Shown here: in pieces, positions 39,118 through 52,350 of the stretch
Layout: every line of letters begins with the position of its first letter
Numbering within the stretch: the first letter of the stretch is position 1
NCBI GenBank assembly: GCA_951406725.2
Contig: OX597820.1
Location: 744,001-808,000, forward strand
Source: Octopus vulgaris
Lineage: Eukaryota
Direction: 5' to 3'
Length of the DNA: 64,000 nt
Position numbers and translations under genes: made by a program
The notes under the pieces: model-generated
The model's input: only the letters and a program-made list of their open reading frames with translations
Databases searched by the model: none
What the model was told of the DNA's origin: nothing

Positions 39118-39874
39118 GTAAGTTATAATCATAGAATCATTACTTTATGTATTTTTGTGATTATTGGTGTTCTGCAGTTCTTGGTTTGAAATATAATCTT
39201 TCATTGGATAGAAATGTTAATTTCTATCCAAAAAAAAAAAAAAAAGAACTTGAACACCAAGACAATGTTTGAGGACCAAAAAATTCTATGTGAAATGCAG
39301 CAGAATTTGGAATGATAGTGATGATGATGATGATGTTCACACTACATACATCAACTTGTATGTGGGGGAAGTAGTAATAATAGGCTGTCTCTTGTTGTCA
39401 CTACTTCAGTGTGGGGTTCGTTTTTACTCTTTTTCTCATCACTTTTTTTCCCCCGTTCCCTCATAGATGTCTTGGCAGCAAACTGGCAGAATGGTTAGCA
39501 TCGTTAGACAAACTGCTTAGCAGCATTTCTTCTAGTTCTTTAATGTTCTGAGTTGAAATTTCACCAAAGTGACTTTGCCTTTAATCCCTTTGGGTTGATA
39601 AAATCAAGTACCATTCAGGTACTGAGGTTGATGAAACTGACTTGTTTCCTACTGGCCTCGAGCCCTGCTATGGGCCAGTGTCTCATTCAGTGGCAGTGGG
39701 TTGTAATTCTTGTCCCTTATACACCAGGGAAACCAGATGAGTCTGAGGGCTCAAAATAAAGAAAAAAATGTAGATATTTTACTAATTATATAATTTTCTG
39801 TTTTTCCATTCTTTTAGAACATTTACACCTGAGCAATTCCAAAGACTTTGATTCTGAATTGTGTGTCTACCCAG

Positions 39875-40548
39875 GAGAGCCACCGCCTCCTGGTACTGAA
39901 GTGAGCAAACAACACTCTCTTCAGCATTTGGAGGAAGTGAAACTATCTAAATCTGGAGAAGAAGACTTAGAAGAAGTGATGAAACTTGCTGCTGTGTTGG
40001 CTCCTACAGGAACATCTTTGGCGAGTTCCACAGCATTATCCAAGTTAGCAAGTCTGGAGTCTTCTGAGCGCACTTCACCTTTGGACGTTAACGATGACAT
40101 GGAACTTGATCCAGATGAAAATCTTCCTTCGTCTGTCCATCATCTGTCAATGCACAGCAGCAGCAGCTACAAAGGGGCTGCTCTCTCTTCTAACTCAAAC
40201 AGCAATGGACACCACCTCTTCCCACTTGTGGATGCAGCTAATTGCCAAAACAACTCGGCTGTAATATCGAAACCCCCTCAATACAAGACTCGTCCAACTG
40301 TCCCCTCAGACCCTGTTGGTGGGACCCTTCCCACGTCAAACTCTGATACTTCTACAGTCTATTCTAGCAAAACCAATTCTGCTGCAAATTCTTCAATGGA
40401 ATGCTTTTCCTTGTCAAAGTCTTCAGCTAAAGTCTCCTCTCTGGACTCTGCCAATACATCATCAAACAGCCCCGTTTCTCACGAAACAAATGATGCTGTT
40501 GACCCTGTCAAACCACAGCCAAAAGAGAAAAAACGCAAAAAAGATAAG
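39875..40548 (+). CDS. FNBP4: FNBP4-like exon (GEPPPPG...KKRKKDK)
   Basis: acccag acceptor, AAG|gtaaac donor; inside ORF 39859-40614; EPPPPG motif and basic NLS-like end. Confidence 0.85.
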
Positions 40549-41290
40549 GTAAACCAATTTTTACTTTCTTGCATTCAAGTGTTTGTTTCCATTTCTGAAA
40601 AGTCACAAATTTAGTTTTAGTTTCTTCATTGTGCTTTTGTTGTTTTACTTGTACTGTTTCTGAATGTCACAACAGGTTTCCTGCAAGCATTGAAGCTTTC
40701 CTTGTTCTTGGCAGGGACGAGAAATATGTATTATTTGTAACTGAAGTGCAGTGTTTGTTTCCATGGAACTGAATCAGCAACACTAATTGAATTTTTCGTT
40801 TAAACCATTTCACGTAATTCAATATCCTTTTGTCTAAGCATGTACCTGGCTGTGAGTTCACACTATTGAGGCAGTAAGGCATCTGGTGTTGTCACTAGCC
40901 ACTGCTGAGATGGTTTTCATTTCCCTCCTCTATATATTAGGTGGATGTTAAACGATGATGATGTGTGTGTGTGTGTGTGTGTGTATCTGTCACAGTATCA
41001 ACCAGACCATCAGGATGTTATACATCACTGGTCACAATGCACTTTCAATTCTGTCTTGCTTGCACCATTCTTTTCCATCTTGACCCAAATTGCTTAACTA
41101 GAATGTCTTCCCATTGTCGTGGAAGCCTTTTCTGATCTCTTGGATACCATGCAGCAACTGTATGGGTCCATGTATTCAGCTCATGTTTGTATTGCATTTT
41201 TAAATCTAGCACATCCATAAGTGATATTATCTCAGGACAAATACTGCAATAAATTTACTTTTCAATGCTGTATTGACATTATGTATGATA

Positions 41291-42581
41291 CGAGGGGCGT
41301 TCAATAAATAATGCCCCTGACCCACTTCCCATAGCAGTAGAGCAACGAAACTGGGCACAGTTATTAGTCTTTCTCTACATAGGAACCACCCAGAGTTACG
41401 CATTTCTCCCATCGTTTGATGCGGCTCTGGAGACCGTTTTTGTAGAAGACCCCAGCTTGGTCCTCCAACCACGACGTGACTTCAGAAATCAAGGCTGCAT
41501 CATCTGGGAAACGCTTTCCTTTCAAAAACAACTTCATGGATGGGAAGAGGTGAAAATCAGAGGGTGTAAGGTCAGGAAAGTAGGGGGGTGGGGGATGAGT
41601 TCATAGCCTCACGCCTGTGCTTCTGATCTGGCGACACGCGAGTTGTGGATTGGAGCGTTGTCCTGCAGGAGGAGGATGACTTTGCTGATCTTGCCCCGCC
41701 TCTTGATTTTGATAGCTTCTCTTAATTTCCTCAAAAGTGAAGCATAATAGGCTCCTGTAATTGTGGCACCCTTTGCCAGGAAATCTGTCATCATTACTCC
41801 GTCCTGGTCCCAGAAGACTGTGAGCATGACTTTGCCAGCGGAGGGCTGTACCCTTGCCTTCTTTGGAGGAGGTGAGTCACGGTGCTTCCACTGAATTGAC
41901 TGGGTTTTGGTCTCTGGATCATAGTGATGGACCCAGGTTTCATCCTGTGTAATCAGTCTTTTGAAAAATTTTGACTCATCTTCTTGGCACATCTCCAAAT
42001 TCATCCTCGAGCACTCGATGCGTTCTTGCTTCTGGAAAGGTGTGAGCAACCTGAGAATCCATCTGGCAGACACCTTTTGCATATGCAAATGGTCATGAAT
42101 GATAGTTTCCACAGACCCGGTGCTAATCTTGACCTCATGCGCTATTTGGCGAATAGTTATGTGTCGATCTTCCAAAATGACAGCCTCAACTTGACGGACA
42201 GATGCCTCATCAATGCCAGAAGGGGGCGACCAGATCTGGGAGCTGTTTCCACAGAGTTCCGACCATGTTTGAATTCACGATGCCAGCGTTTTACAAGGTC
42301 ATATGATGGGGCATCATCACCATAAGTTACTTTCATTTCATCAAAAGTCCCCCATGGTGTGTGTCCTTTCAAATACAAAAACCGGATCACTGCTCGACAC
42401 TCAACAGACTCCATTTCCTACTTGACTCAGTTCAAATACCTGTAAATCAGAAAACACAATTAGTTCAGAGCTGTAATTTGCCACTTAATCTATAGAGATA
42501 TAAATAATTGCACAGGCAAAATTTTAGCTAGATCAAACAACTGCAAGTGGGTCAGGGGCATTACTTATTGAGCACCCCTCT
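41291..42581 (-). mobile_element. Full-length mariner (DD34D-type) transposon, transposase frameshifted
   Basis: TA TSD; TIR CGAGGGGCGTTCAATAAATAATGCCCCTGACCCACTT and its inverse; ORFs 42157-42414 (HTH) and 41609-42175 with ITQDETWVHHY and LLQDNAPIH; PPYFPDLTPSDFHLF in a shifted frame. Confidence 0.93.
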
Positions 42582-43539
42582 TACATAGATGGCTACTTTA
42601 ATACTGTTTCTGTTGCATGTAACAGATGTTTTATTCAGTTGGGCAGTTATTTGCAATAGCAGTGAATGTTTATTTGCTGTTTCCATAAATATCATTGGCG
42701 ACAGATTTCCTCTAAGCATCTGGCTGGTTGAAAGTGACACACTATTGACAATGCCCAAGGCAGAAATGCATCTGGCGTTAACACCGGATGTTGCTGCGAT
42801 GGTTTTTGTCTCCTTATATGTGTGCACATGCATGCGTGTGTGTGTGTGTGTGTATAGTATTTTTAAACATAGCATGTCCATAAGGGGTGTCTCCAAACGA
42901 ACATTGCAGTAAATTTGCTTTTCACCATTGTATTTACATAGTATTTTTCTTAGCATTCCTGACTAATACTCAGTTCGTTAATTATCAGTAACACTCTCAA
43001 CATGACGGTGTGTGACTTAGAGGTTCAGGTAATCTGCCCATGATTGTAAGGTCATGAGTTCAATTCCTGGCAGCACATTGTCCTTGAGCAAGAACCTTTA
43101 TTTCACATTGCTCCAGTCCACTGAGCTAGCAATGAGTTGTGCCTCTATTTCAAATGGCCAACCTTGTCATTCTGTGTCACACTGAATCTCCCCGAGAACT
43201 ACATGAAGCTTATTCCTATCTGTGGAATACTCAACCATTTGCAAGTTAATTTCACAAGCAGGCTGTTCTATTGATGAAATTATCTGGAACCCTCATCGTC
43301 CGGAGTGCCTGTTTAATACTCCCAGCTCACTTCTCTTTCCCACTCGTTTCACCCAACTTGTGTTCTTACTTCTCCACTGCTGTATATTTACTTACCTCTA
43401 CCAACGTCTCCTGTCCTTTCTTATTCCACTGCTTCCTTCTCTTGGCCTCTTCACCTCCACACTGTTGCCTACTTATTAATATCCACCCCAACGCTCCTCT
43501 CACTAAAATGTATTTATTACATATCTTCTGCTCTTGCAG

Positions 43540-43671
43540 GTTATCACAAGTACAAATTTGACGCTGAAAAAGAAAAATGTGTCATCCTTGGTACAAAAAT
43601 GGCAAAAAGTGAAGAAAGAAGTTGAGAAAGAAGATGAATTGGCTCGGCATGAGTTTTCAGATGATGATTGA
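43540..43671 (+). CDS. FNBP4: FNBP4-like last coding exon (...NVSSLVQKWQKVKKEVE...DDD*)
   Basis: ctcttgcag acceptor; SLVQKWQ resembles the conserved FNBP4 SLVKKWQ; TGA at 43669-43671; the summed exons stay in frame. Confidence 0.87.
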   Translation, partial: VITSTNLTLKKKNVSSLVQKWQKVKKEVEKEDELARHEFSDDD

Positions 43672-44671
43672 TGCCATCTCTGTTGACTGGTACGTCTCAT
43701 TTCCGGTTGGATGCTTTTTCTTTATCAATAGAAAAATTATTATTTCTAAATCTCTGAATGAGAAACATTCAGTAACAGTATTCTAGAGTAAAGATTATTT
43801 GCCAACATAATGTGGCAGTCCTTGTTAAGACAAATGTTACTGTTATTTAGTTCCAAGAAACATCATCTCCAGCTGCCTATCGACACGCTATCTGCATCCA
43901 TCTGGAGGCGATGTTTCCTGTGGCTAAGCAACAGTAACATTCGTCCTACTCAGGACTGCCACATTGTTGGCAAATAATTACTTTCTTTATCATTATCCCA
44001 CAAATTCTCATCCTTCAATTATTGCTCTTGTCATCACAACAGTTCTTATTTCTCTCAAAAATTGTATTAGGATCATAGATGTGGGAGTTAATTTTCACGA
44101 GAGGCGACACAAACATGGCTGTGTGTTTAAGAAGCCTGCTTCTAAACCATGTGGCCTTGAGTTCAGTTCAACTGCACAGCACCTTAGGCAAACGTCTGTT
44201 ATTATAGACCCTTGGGCTCAATCAAAGCCTTGTGGATTTGTGGCCGGAAACAGAAAGAAGCCTGTCATTTATGTGTATGTGTCTACCCTTGTTCAGGCAT
44301 CATATGATGGTTGTAAATGAGCATCATCATCATCATACAAATGAGGCTTATTTTCAGTCTTCTATTCATGGGGATATATTACATCACTAGGAAACAGGTT
44401 GGGGTTGGCATCTGGAAGGGCATCCAGTTGTAGAAAATCTGCCTCAACAAATTTTGTCTGGGTCATGGAAGCATGGAAAAATGGATGTTAGATGATGATG
44501 ATAGAAATGGGCTTCTGGCAGGTCAGATCCATGTTGAATGATTTTATATGCAAAATCATTCAAGCATTGAATATATAATTGTAAGGGAGTATATTGTCTA
44601 AGTGTGTGATTAGTAGTTGTTGGACCATTAAATCTACATCTTAGCTTCACAAATGAAAAAATGGTAAATAT

Positions 44672-45045
44672 AGGTGCTGGAGTGGCTGTGTGGTAAGTAG
44701 TTTGTTTACCAACCACATGGTTCCAGGTTCAATCCCACTGCGTTGCACCTTGGGCAAGTGTCTTCTACTATAGCCTCGGGCCAACCAAAGCCTTGTGAGT
44801 GGATTTGTTAGACGGAAACTGAGAGAAGCCTGTCATGTATATGTGTGTGTCTGTTTGTCCCCCCACCATCGCTTGACAATTGATGTTGGTGTGTTTACGT
44901 CCCTGCAACTTAGCGGTTCGGCAAAAGATACCGATAGAATAAGTACTAGGCTTACAAAGAATAAGTCCTGGGGTTGATTTGTTTGATTAAGGCGGTGCTC
45001 CAGCATGGCCACAATCAAATGACTGAAACAAGTGAAAGAATAAAT
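44672..45045 (+). mobile_element. tRNA-derived SINE with LINE-like 3' tail (further copies 45050-45360, 47265-47420, 44115-44280)
   Basis: Head tggctgtgtggtaagtag...ggttcaatcccactgc; tail ggcggtgctccagcatggccacaatcaaatgactgaaacaag. Confidence 0.78.
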
Positions 45046-45739
45046 CTAGGCACAGAAGTGGCTGTGCGGAAAGAAGTTTGCTTCCCAACCACACAGTTCA
45101 AGATTCAGTCCCACTGCGTGGCGGCACCTTGGGCAAGTGTCTTCTATTATAGCCTCCAGGCCAACCAGAGCCTTGCGTGTGGATTTGTTATATGGAAACT
45201 GAAAGAAGCCCATTGTACACACACACACACACACACACACATTTGTGTTTTTCTGTCTGTTTTGTTCACCACCATTGCTTGACAACCAGTGTTGATGTGT
45301 TTACATCCCTGTAACTTAGCAGTTTGACAAAAAAAGACTGATAGAATAAGGGCCAGGCTTCAATAATTGTACTTTTAATAAATCGGTTAGCATTGGTGAA
45401 ATGTTTTATAAAATCTCTGTCCAAAAATCTTCTCCCAATCCAATGAATACTATGTGTAGTTGATTGCTCACAGCTAATTTGTTTGAAATTGTGCTCCAGG
45501 TACAACATCCATTTTCTGGAAACTTTTGTTCCAAAGCTTTTCTGGATTACTGAATTTTCTGAACTAGATAGGGTCACCTTGGTCAACACACTATAAATTA
45601 AGTAAATATTAAATTTACTTAAATAATTAGATGCAATAATATAAATGGTAAGAGTTTACGAATACTGTACAACTATGCAAGGTAGCAGCAAATTTGTTTG
45701 GTGGCCATAGGAATTTGAAGTTCCTACTTGTAAAATTAA

Positions 45740-46484
45740 CCCCTTAATGGATTGTCCCGAGTTTACTCGTGCATCGTAAATGTATCTTTTTAGAACCAGC
45801 ACAAGCATACTCGGTCAAAATTAACTTTTAATTTTAGCACTCAAACGAGTTTATTTGTTTTGTGTCGTTTCATTTTTGAGCAATCACGAATTTACTCAGT
45901 TGTTTAAAAAAAAAAAGAAGTATTTTATCATTTGATGGATTTGGCTATCTGGAATGCTTCTGTTTTGTATAAAGCATCTTTGGAAACTTCAGCGTCTGCT
46001 ATGAAACCGCTGAAATTTAGAAAGCAAATAATCACCAAGATTATTGAAAAATATAGGCCCTTATTGGCTCCCATGAAACCAAGAAGACCATCATCGATCC
46101 CACATCCAACAAGATTTGCCCCAGCTGGCCACTTTCCCATGGAAATACCACCAAGTGATAAGAAAAAGAACCATACAAGACAGTGTGCAAAATGTGCAGA
46201 GAAGAGAGACGCTAATTGAAAGAAGATTTGAAGAGAAAGCAGATACATGTGTAATGTCTGCAAGATAACTTTGTGTGTAACTCCTTGTTTTCAAAATTAT
46301 CATTCTAAATAAACTGTCGCATTAAAAAAAAAAACATTTCCTTTCATTTAAAAGCAATACATCTTATAAAAAATCGAAGATATTAAGTTATATGTATTTT
46401 TTCAATGTCCGAGTTAAATCATTTAAATCCAAATGAGTGAAAGTACATTTTAATTTCTGTCAAAATAATTGATCCATTAAGGGG
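45740..46484 (+). mobile_element. Internally deleted piggyBac transposon retaining the transposase C-terminus
   Basis: TTAA|CCCCTTAATGGAT...ATCCATTAAGGGG|TTAA; KKVFYHLMDLAIWNASVLYK...RQCAKC...RYMCNVCKITLCVTPCFQNYH cysteine-rich domain with stops. Confidence 0.9.
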
Positions 46485-46615
46485 TTAATACAGGTTCTAA
46501 GGGGTTAAAACCATCAGTGTCCAGTGTCAGAGAGTTGGTGTTGTACCTGTATTAGCAGAAATATGTTATAATCTTGAAAATGTATCTAACTCTTGTTTTT
46601 CATTTTCTATTGCAG

Positions 46616-47240
46616 TTACTTCATGGTTAATTCCACAATTTGTTTCCTTTTGGTCTACAAAAAGAAGCTGATTTCAACTCGCACCGTTGCTACAAATATC
46701 TACATTTTGTTGTTCACTTTCAACTTGGGAGTTAAAAAAAACCAACTTTCTAACACCAAACACAGAATGTATCATCAGCCTGTGGTTATAGGACGAGGAG
46801 GAGAGAAGATCTTTTCGTTCTTTGCGAATGAGTGTAGATTGACATTTGCTTGGAATGGAGAGAGAGAGAGAGAGGAATGGATGTGTAGATGTGAAAGGGA
46901 AGACTGTGTAGATGTCTCTGTGTTTGGATGTGTGAATGTGAGTGGTATTCTGTTATCTCTACAAGAGTTTATTATTATCAATGTTAGTGTTGATAATAAA
47001 TTCTACAAAAACTGTGTGTGCCTATCGTATTTTAAAGGAATAAAAGTTCTCCAATTTCAAAATGAGTTTTTGTCATTGTTTGAAATTTGTTTCAAAGTTG
47101 GAATAATATTTAAAGTAAAATTTACAAACATTTCTTCAATAAATAATGAAAAATACGAGTCAAAAGTGTTTTTTCTGTTCACTGTTTATCAAGTTGATGA
47201 ATGCATTGTATGTCAATTTGTATTAAAAATATGCGACCTC
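46616..47240 (+). other. Probable non-coding terminal exon (3' UTR) of the FNBP4-like gene
   Basis: Donor CTG|gtacgt at 43690; TCTAAC branch + pyrimidine tract + tgcag ending 46615; AATAAA at 46995, 47039, 47138 and ATTAAA at 47222. The end is approximate and no transcript data are available. Confidence 0.5.
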
Positions 47241-47481
47241 GCAACGCAATCATGTAAACCTGAACATGGCTGTGTGGTAAGTAGCTTGCTTGCCAACCAC
47301 ATGGTTCCAGGTTCAGGCCCACTACGTGGCACCTTGGGCAATTGTCTTCTACTATAGCCTCGGGCTGACCAAAGCCTTGTGAGTCAATTTGTTAGACGGA
47401 AACTACAAGAAGCCCGTCGAATATATATATACATATAGATATATATAGATAGATAGATAGATTAGATATATATATATATAT

Positions 47482-47705
47482 AAAGGGTAAAGACCCCCTT
47501 CGGTCATGAGTGACCATGGGTTTGCACCTAGAGAGTAACCCTCTGAGGCACAAGTCTGGGCAAGGTTGTTTTTATGGAAGACCAGCAGTCGCCCATGCAT
47601 ACCGGCCTCCCCTCTCCACGCCACCAGTGTTATCCAAGGGAAAGACAAAGGTCGATACAGCTTGGCACCAGTGACGTCGCAACTCATTTCTACAGCTGAG
47701 TGAAT
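47482..47705 (-). mobile_element. SINE-like 3' fragment between TA/GA microsatellites
   Basis: GC-rich island; minus strand cactcagctgtagaaatgag...tttaccctt tail; family not identified. Confidence 0.45.
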
Positions 47706-47756
47706 ATATAGATATATATATATATATATATATATATGTAGATAGATATAGATATA

Positions 47757-48545
47757 TCATCATCATCATCATCGTCGTTTAGCGTCCGTTTTCCATGCTA
47801 GCATGGGTTGGACGGTTCTACTGGGGTCTGTGAAGCCAGAAGGCTTCATCAGGCCCAGTCAAATCTGGCAGTGTTTCTACGGCTGGATGCCCTTCCTAAC
47901 GCCAACCACTCCGTGAGTGTAGTGGGTGCTTTTTACGTGCCACCCGCACAGGTGACAGACAGAGCTGGCAAACGGCCACGAACGGGTGGTGCTTTTTATG
48001 TGCCACCGGCACAAGGGCCAGGCGAGGCTGGCAACGGACACGAAACGGGGCGGTGCTGGCAACGGTTGCGAAACGGAAGGTTCTCTTACATGCCACCGGC
48101 ACTGGTAACACATCTGCAATTTCCATTGATCGATTTCCATTCTGATCCTCACTTGCCTCAACGGGTCTTCACAAGTAGAGTTTTGACATGCCACCGGCAC
48201 TGGTAACACATCTGCAATTTCCATTGATCGATTTCGATTCTGATCCTCACTTGCCTCAACAGTTCTTCACAAGTAGAGTTTTGTGTCCCAAGAAGGGAAG
48301 GTATGCATACGTAGGCTGGCTCCATCCCAAGTAGAAGGCCACGGGTTATGGACTCACTTGTCCTGCCGGGTCTTCTCGCGCACAGCACACTTCCAGAGGA
48401 CTCGGTCTCTAGTCATTTCCTCAGTGAGACCTAAAGTTCGAAGGTCGTGCTCCACCACCTCGTCCCAGGTTTTCCTGGTTCTGCCTCTTCCACAGGTTCC
48501 CTCAACCGCTAGGGTGTGGCACTTTTTCACACAACTATCTTCATA
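47757..48545 (-). mobile_element. 5'-truncated RTE LINE (ORF C-terminus + long 3' UTR)
   Basis: Minus strand EDSCVKKCHTLAVEGTCGRGRTRKTWDEVVEHDLRTLGLTEEMTRDRVLWK is an RTE-type C-terminus; ~95-bp tandem duplication in the UTR; (GAT)n tail. Confidence 0.82.
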
Positions 48546-48567
48546 TATATATATATATATAGATATA

Positions 48568-48842
48568 CACCACAGCTCTTTAACATCCTCTCTAAATGCC
48601 TAAGAGACTTACATGGTGTGGATATGGGTTTCTTTAAAACTAAACTGGATCTCTTCTTGTTGGGAGTCCCAGATGAACCTACCTCACGACAGGAGACGCG
48701 GATGCGGGCAGCAGCATCAAACTCCCTTGTTCATCAAGTGCCACGTATCTGGTGGATTCACAAATTAGTGCAGCTCATTCAGCCGTGGTGCCCCAGCATG
48801 GCCGCGGCTTTCGGGCTAAAATATTTTTAAGGATTTAAGGAT
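48568..48842 (+). mobile_element. 3' end of a CR1-group LINE related to the element at 56850-62130
   Basis: PQLFNILSKCLRDLHGVD..FKTKLDLFLLGVPDEPTSRQE..RAAASNSL; ggtgccccagcatggcc motif; (ttaagga) tail running into (TA)n. Confidence 0.85.
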
Positions 48843-49296
48843 ATATATATATATATGTATGTATATGTAAATATGTATGTATATGTATATATGTACATAT
48901 GTATATATATATATATATACATATGTATATGTATATACATATGTATATTTATGTATGTATATTTATATAATGTATATTTATGTATATATATGTGTATATA
49001 TATATGTATATATATATAAGTATATATGTGTATATATATATATGTGTATATATGTGTATGTATATATATATATATGTGTATGTATATATATATGTGTATA
49101 TATATATATATGTGTATATATATATATATATGTATATATATATGTATATATATATGTATATGTATATATATATGTATATGTATATGTATATATATATGTA
49201 TATATATATGTATATATATATGTATATATGTATGTATATATGTATATATATATGTATATATGTATATATATATGTATATATATGTATATGTATATG

Positions 49297-49327
<31 letters not shown>

Positions 49328-49557
49328 GTGTGTATATATATATGTGTATATGTATATATGTATGTATATATATATATGTATATATATATATATCTATATG
49401 TATACATATATATGTATATGTATATATGTATGTATATACATATATACATATACATACATATATGTATGTATATATATATATGTATGTATATATATATATG
49501 TATACATATATATGTATATGTATATATGTATGTATATACATATATACATATACATAC

Positions 49558-49592
<35 letters not shown>

Positions 49593-49606
49593 TATGTATG
49601 TATATG

Positions 49607-49656
<50 letters not shown>

Positions 49657-49903
49657 TATGTATGTATGTATATATATGTATATATGTATGTATATATATG
49701 TATATATGTATGTATATATATGTATATATGTATATATGTATGTATATATATGTATATATATATGTATATATATATGTATATATATATATATATGTATATA
49801 TGTATATATATATATATATGTATATATGTATATGTATATATATATATGTATATATGTATATGTATATATGTATATATATATATGTATATGTATATATGTA
49901 TAT

Positions 49904-49937
<34 letters not shown>

Positions 49938-50066
49938 GTATATGTATATATGTGTATATATATATGTATATATATATGTATGTATATATATATATATGTA
50001 TGTATGTATATATGTATGTATGTATATGTATGTATGTATGTATGTATATATATATATGTATGTATG

Positions 50067-50099
<33 letters not shown>

Positions 50100-50210
50100 G
50101 TATGTATATATATATATGTATGTATATATATATATGTATATATATATATGTATGTATATATATATATGTATATATATATATGTATGTATATATATATATG
50201 TATGTATATG

Positions 50211-50265
<55 letters not shown>

Positions 50266-50299
50266 GTATATATATATGTATATATATATGTATGTATGT

Positions 50300-50339
<40 letters not shown>

Positions 50340-50408
50340 GTATATGTATATGTATGTATATATATATGTATGTATGTATATATATGTATATGTATATATA
50401 TGTATATG

Positions 50409-50445
<37 letters not shown>

Positions 50446-50765
50446 GTATATGTATGTATATATATGTATATATATGTATATATATGTATATATATGTATA
50501 TATATGTATATATATATGTATGTATATATATGTATATATATGTATATATGTATATATATGTATATATATATATGTATATATATATGTATATATATATATG
50601 TATATATATATGTGTATATATATATATGTATATATATATGTATATATATATATGTATATATATATGTATATATATGTATATATATATGTATATATATATG
50701 TGTATATATATATGTATATATATATATGTATATATATATATATGTATATATATGTATATATATAT
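48841..50765. repeat. 1.9-kb (TA)n/(TATG)n compound satellite
   Basis: Direct reading. Confidence 0.97.
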
Positions 50766-52350
50766 ATATTGTTATATTTAGGAATGGTCATATTGCCAGT
50801 TTAGCCAATAAAAACACACGCACTATATATTTGGTGTTATTTTGCTTCAGTGATATTTATTTTTTACATTAATCTTAATCTTATTTCGGCCAAAGTTCTT
50901 TCGTCACACTCCTGTGACCGCATCAGTGGTCCTTTGTTTTCTTCTCACTTACTTGTGTCTCTCCTTACTAACCGTCAGCCATTTTGTATTTCTATTGTAT
51001 GTCTTCATTTGCGCATGCTTATATCTCTATGTGCGTCTATGTTTATTTAGTGTGTGTGTGGGGGGGATGCCTGTAATATTTGTATCTTCTGGTTATATAC
51101 ATTCTTGTAATTTGTATTTTGTTTTTGTTGTTGTTGCTTTTGTTCTAATTTTGTTCATGTGTTTACATCCACCCATTATTATCATTACATATGCTTGTAT
51201 GTATGTATAACAACAATATTAGTAATAATAATAATAAATCTAATCGAGAAAAAAAAAAAAAAAAAGAATATACATATACATATATATATATATACATACA
51301 CATACATATATATATATATACATATATACACACATATATACACATATACATATATATACACACATACATATATATAGATATTCATTTCTATTTCTTTAAT
51401 TACCTGTGTATTTATTATGTTTGCAGGATCCACTATCGTCATATGTTGTGGTGTGCGCTATTGCTCCATTCTAGTTTTCTATTCAGGCTAGGTTTATTTT
51501 CTATTATATGTGTAGCTTCTGTAATTTGTCTAATTGTTGCATCTGTTCTATGTGTGGACAATATCTTAATCTCTATGTTATTGATTGATCCCCCGTGTTC
51601 TTGTTCGGCGTGTTGGTACAGAATCGATGAGCTTTTACCTTCCTTGAGTTGTCTCCAATGTTCATTCACCCGCTCACCAATGCTTCTTGCAGTTTCCCCT
51701 ACGTATGTTACTGTCTTGTTACTGCATCGTCCCTCTATACATCTTATACTATAGACCACATTTCTGGCTTTACAGTTCGTTTGTGGGCTAAATCTACATA
51801 CAGTGCAATAGTTTTCCGTACAGAGAGTTCTACTAAAAGGATAGGTTCTACCAATTATAGATCTGATAGGGTTGCCTGGCTTTTCAACAACCTTAATTCT
51901 TAGTTTAAGTTTATCTAGGGTCCTTCTAAAGCGGTACGCTAGTTCACCTCCAGGGGTGGTGTCAACGAACATGACACTCTGGTATTTATGGCTATCATAC
52001 CAAGTGTTGGCCTTCCTTATTTTCTTTTTTGTCCTTTCTATAGTGTTCCATGACTTGTTCCTATATAGTGGGCAAATCCCATTCCTATCATTACATAATA
52101 TATTATCAAATTTCTTCATGGCTCCTTTGTATACTCTGATCCTTTCTTTATGGCTGTAACCTGAGAACTGCATGCGGTGAATGAAATACTGTATGTGTTT
52201 CTTTAATTCTGTAGGCTCGCACATGCGTGACACATTTCTCATTATTCTGACGAGGTCTGCCATCAAAATATTGAATTTGGCATTGCCCGCAATGGCTGAG
52301 TTCCGGTGGATCAGGTATTTTGAGGCCATAGGTTTTGCATAGTATGAATG
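50766..52350 (-). mobile_element. 5'-truncated Penelope-like element (RT thumb, Cys linker, GIY-YIG endonuclease, 3' UTR)
   Basis: ORF 51439-52329: CTENYCTVC linker, NVVYSIRC..C...YVGETARSIGERVNEH, EA..I...KPSLN; C-terminal endonuclease with Cys linker suggests the Neptune type. Confidence 0.9.

Noticed and set aside
46593-47357. 254-aa ORF
   Set aside because: No recognisable motif; it spans a splice acceptor, GA repeat and SINE head, so it is better explained as 3' UTR
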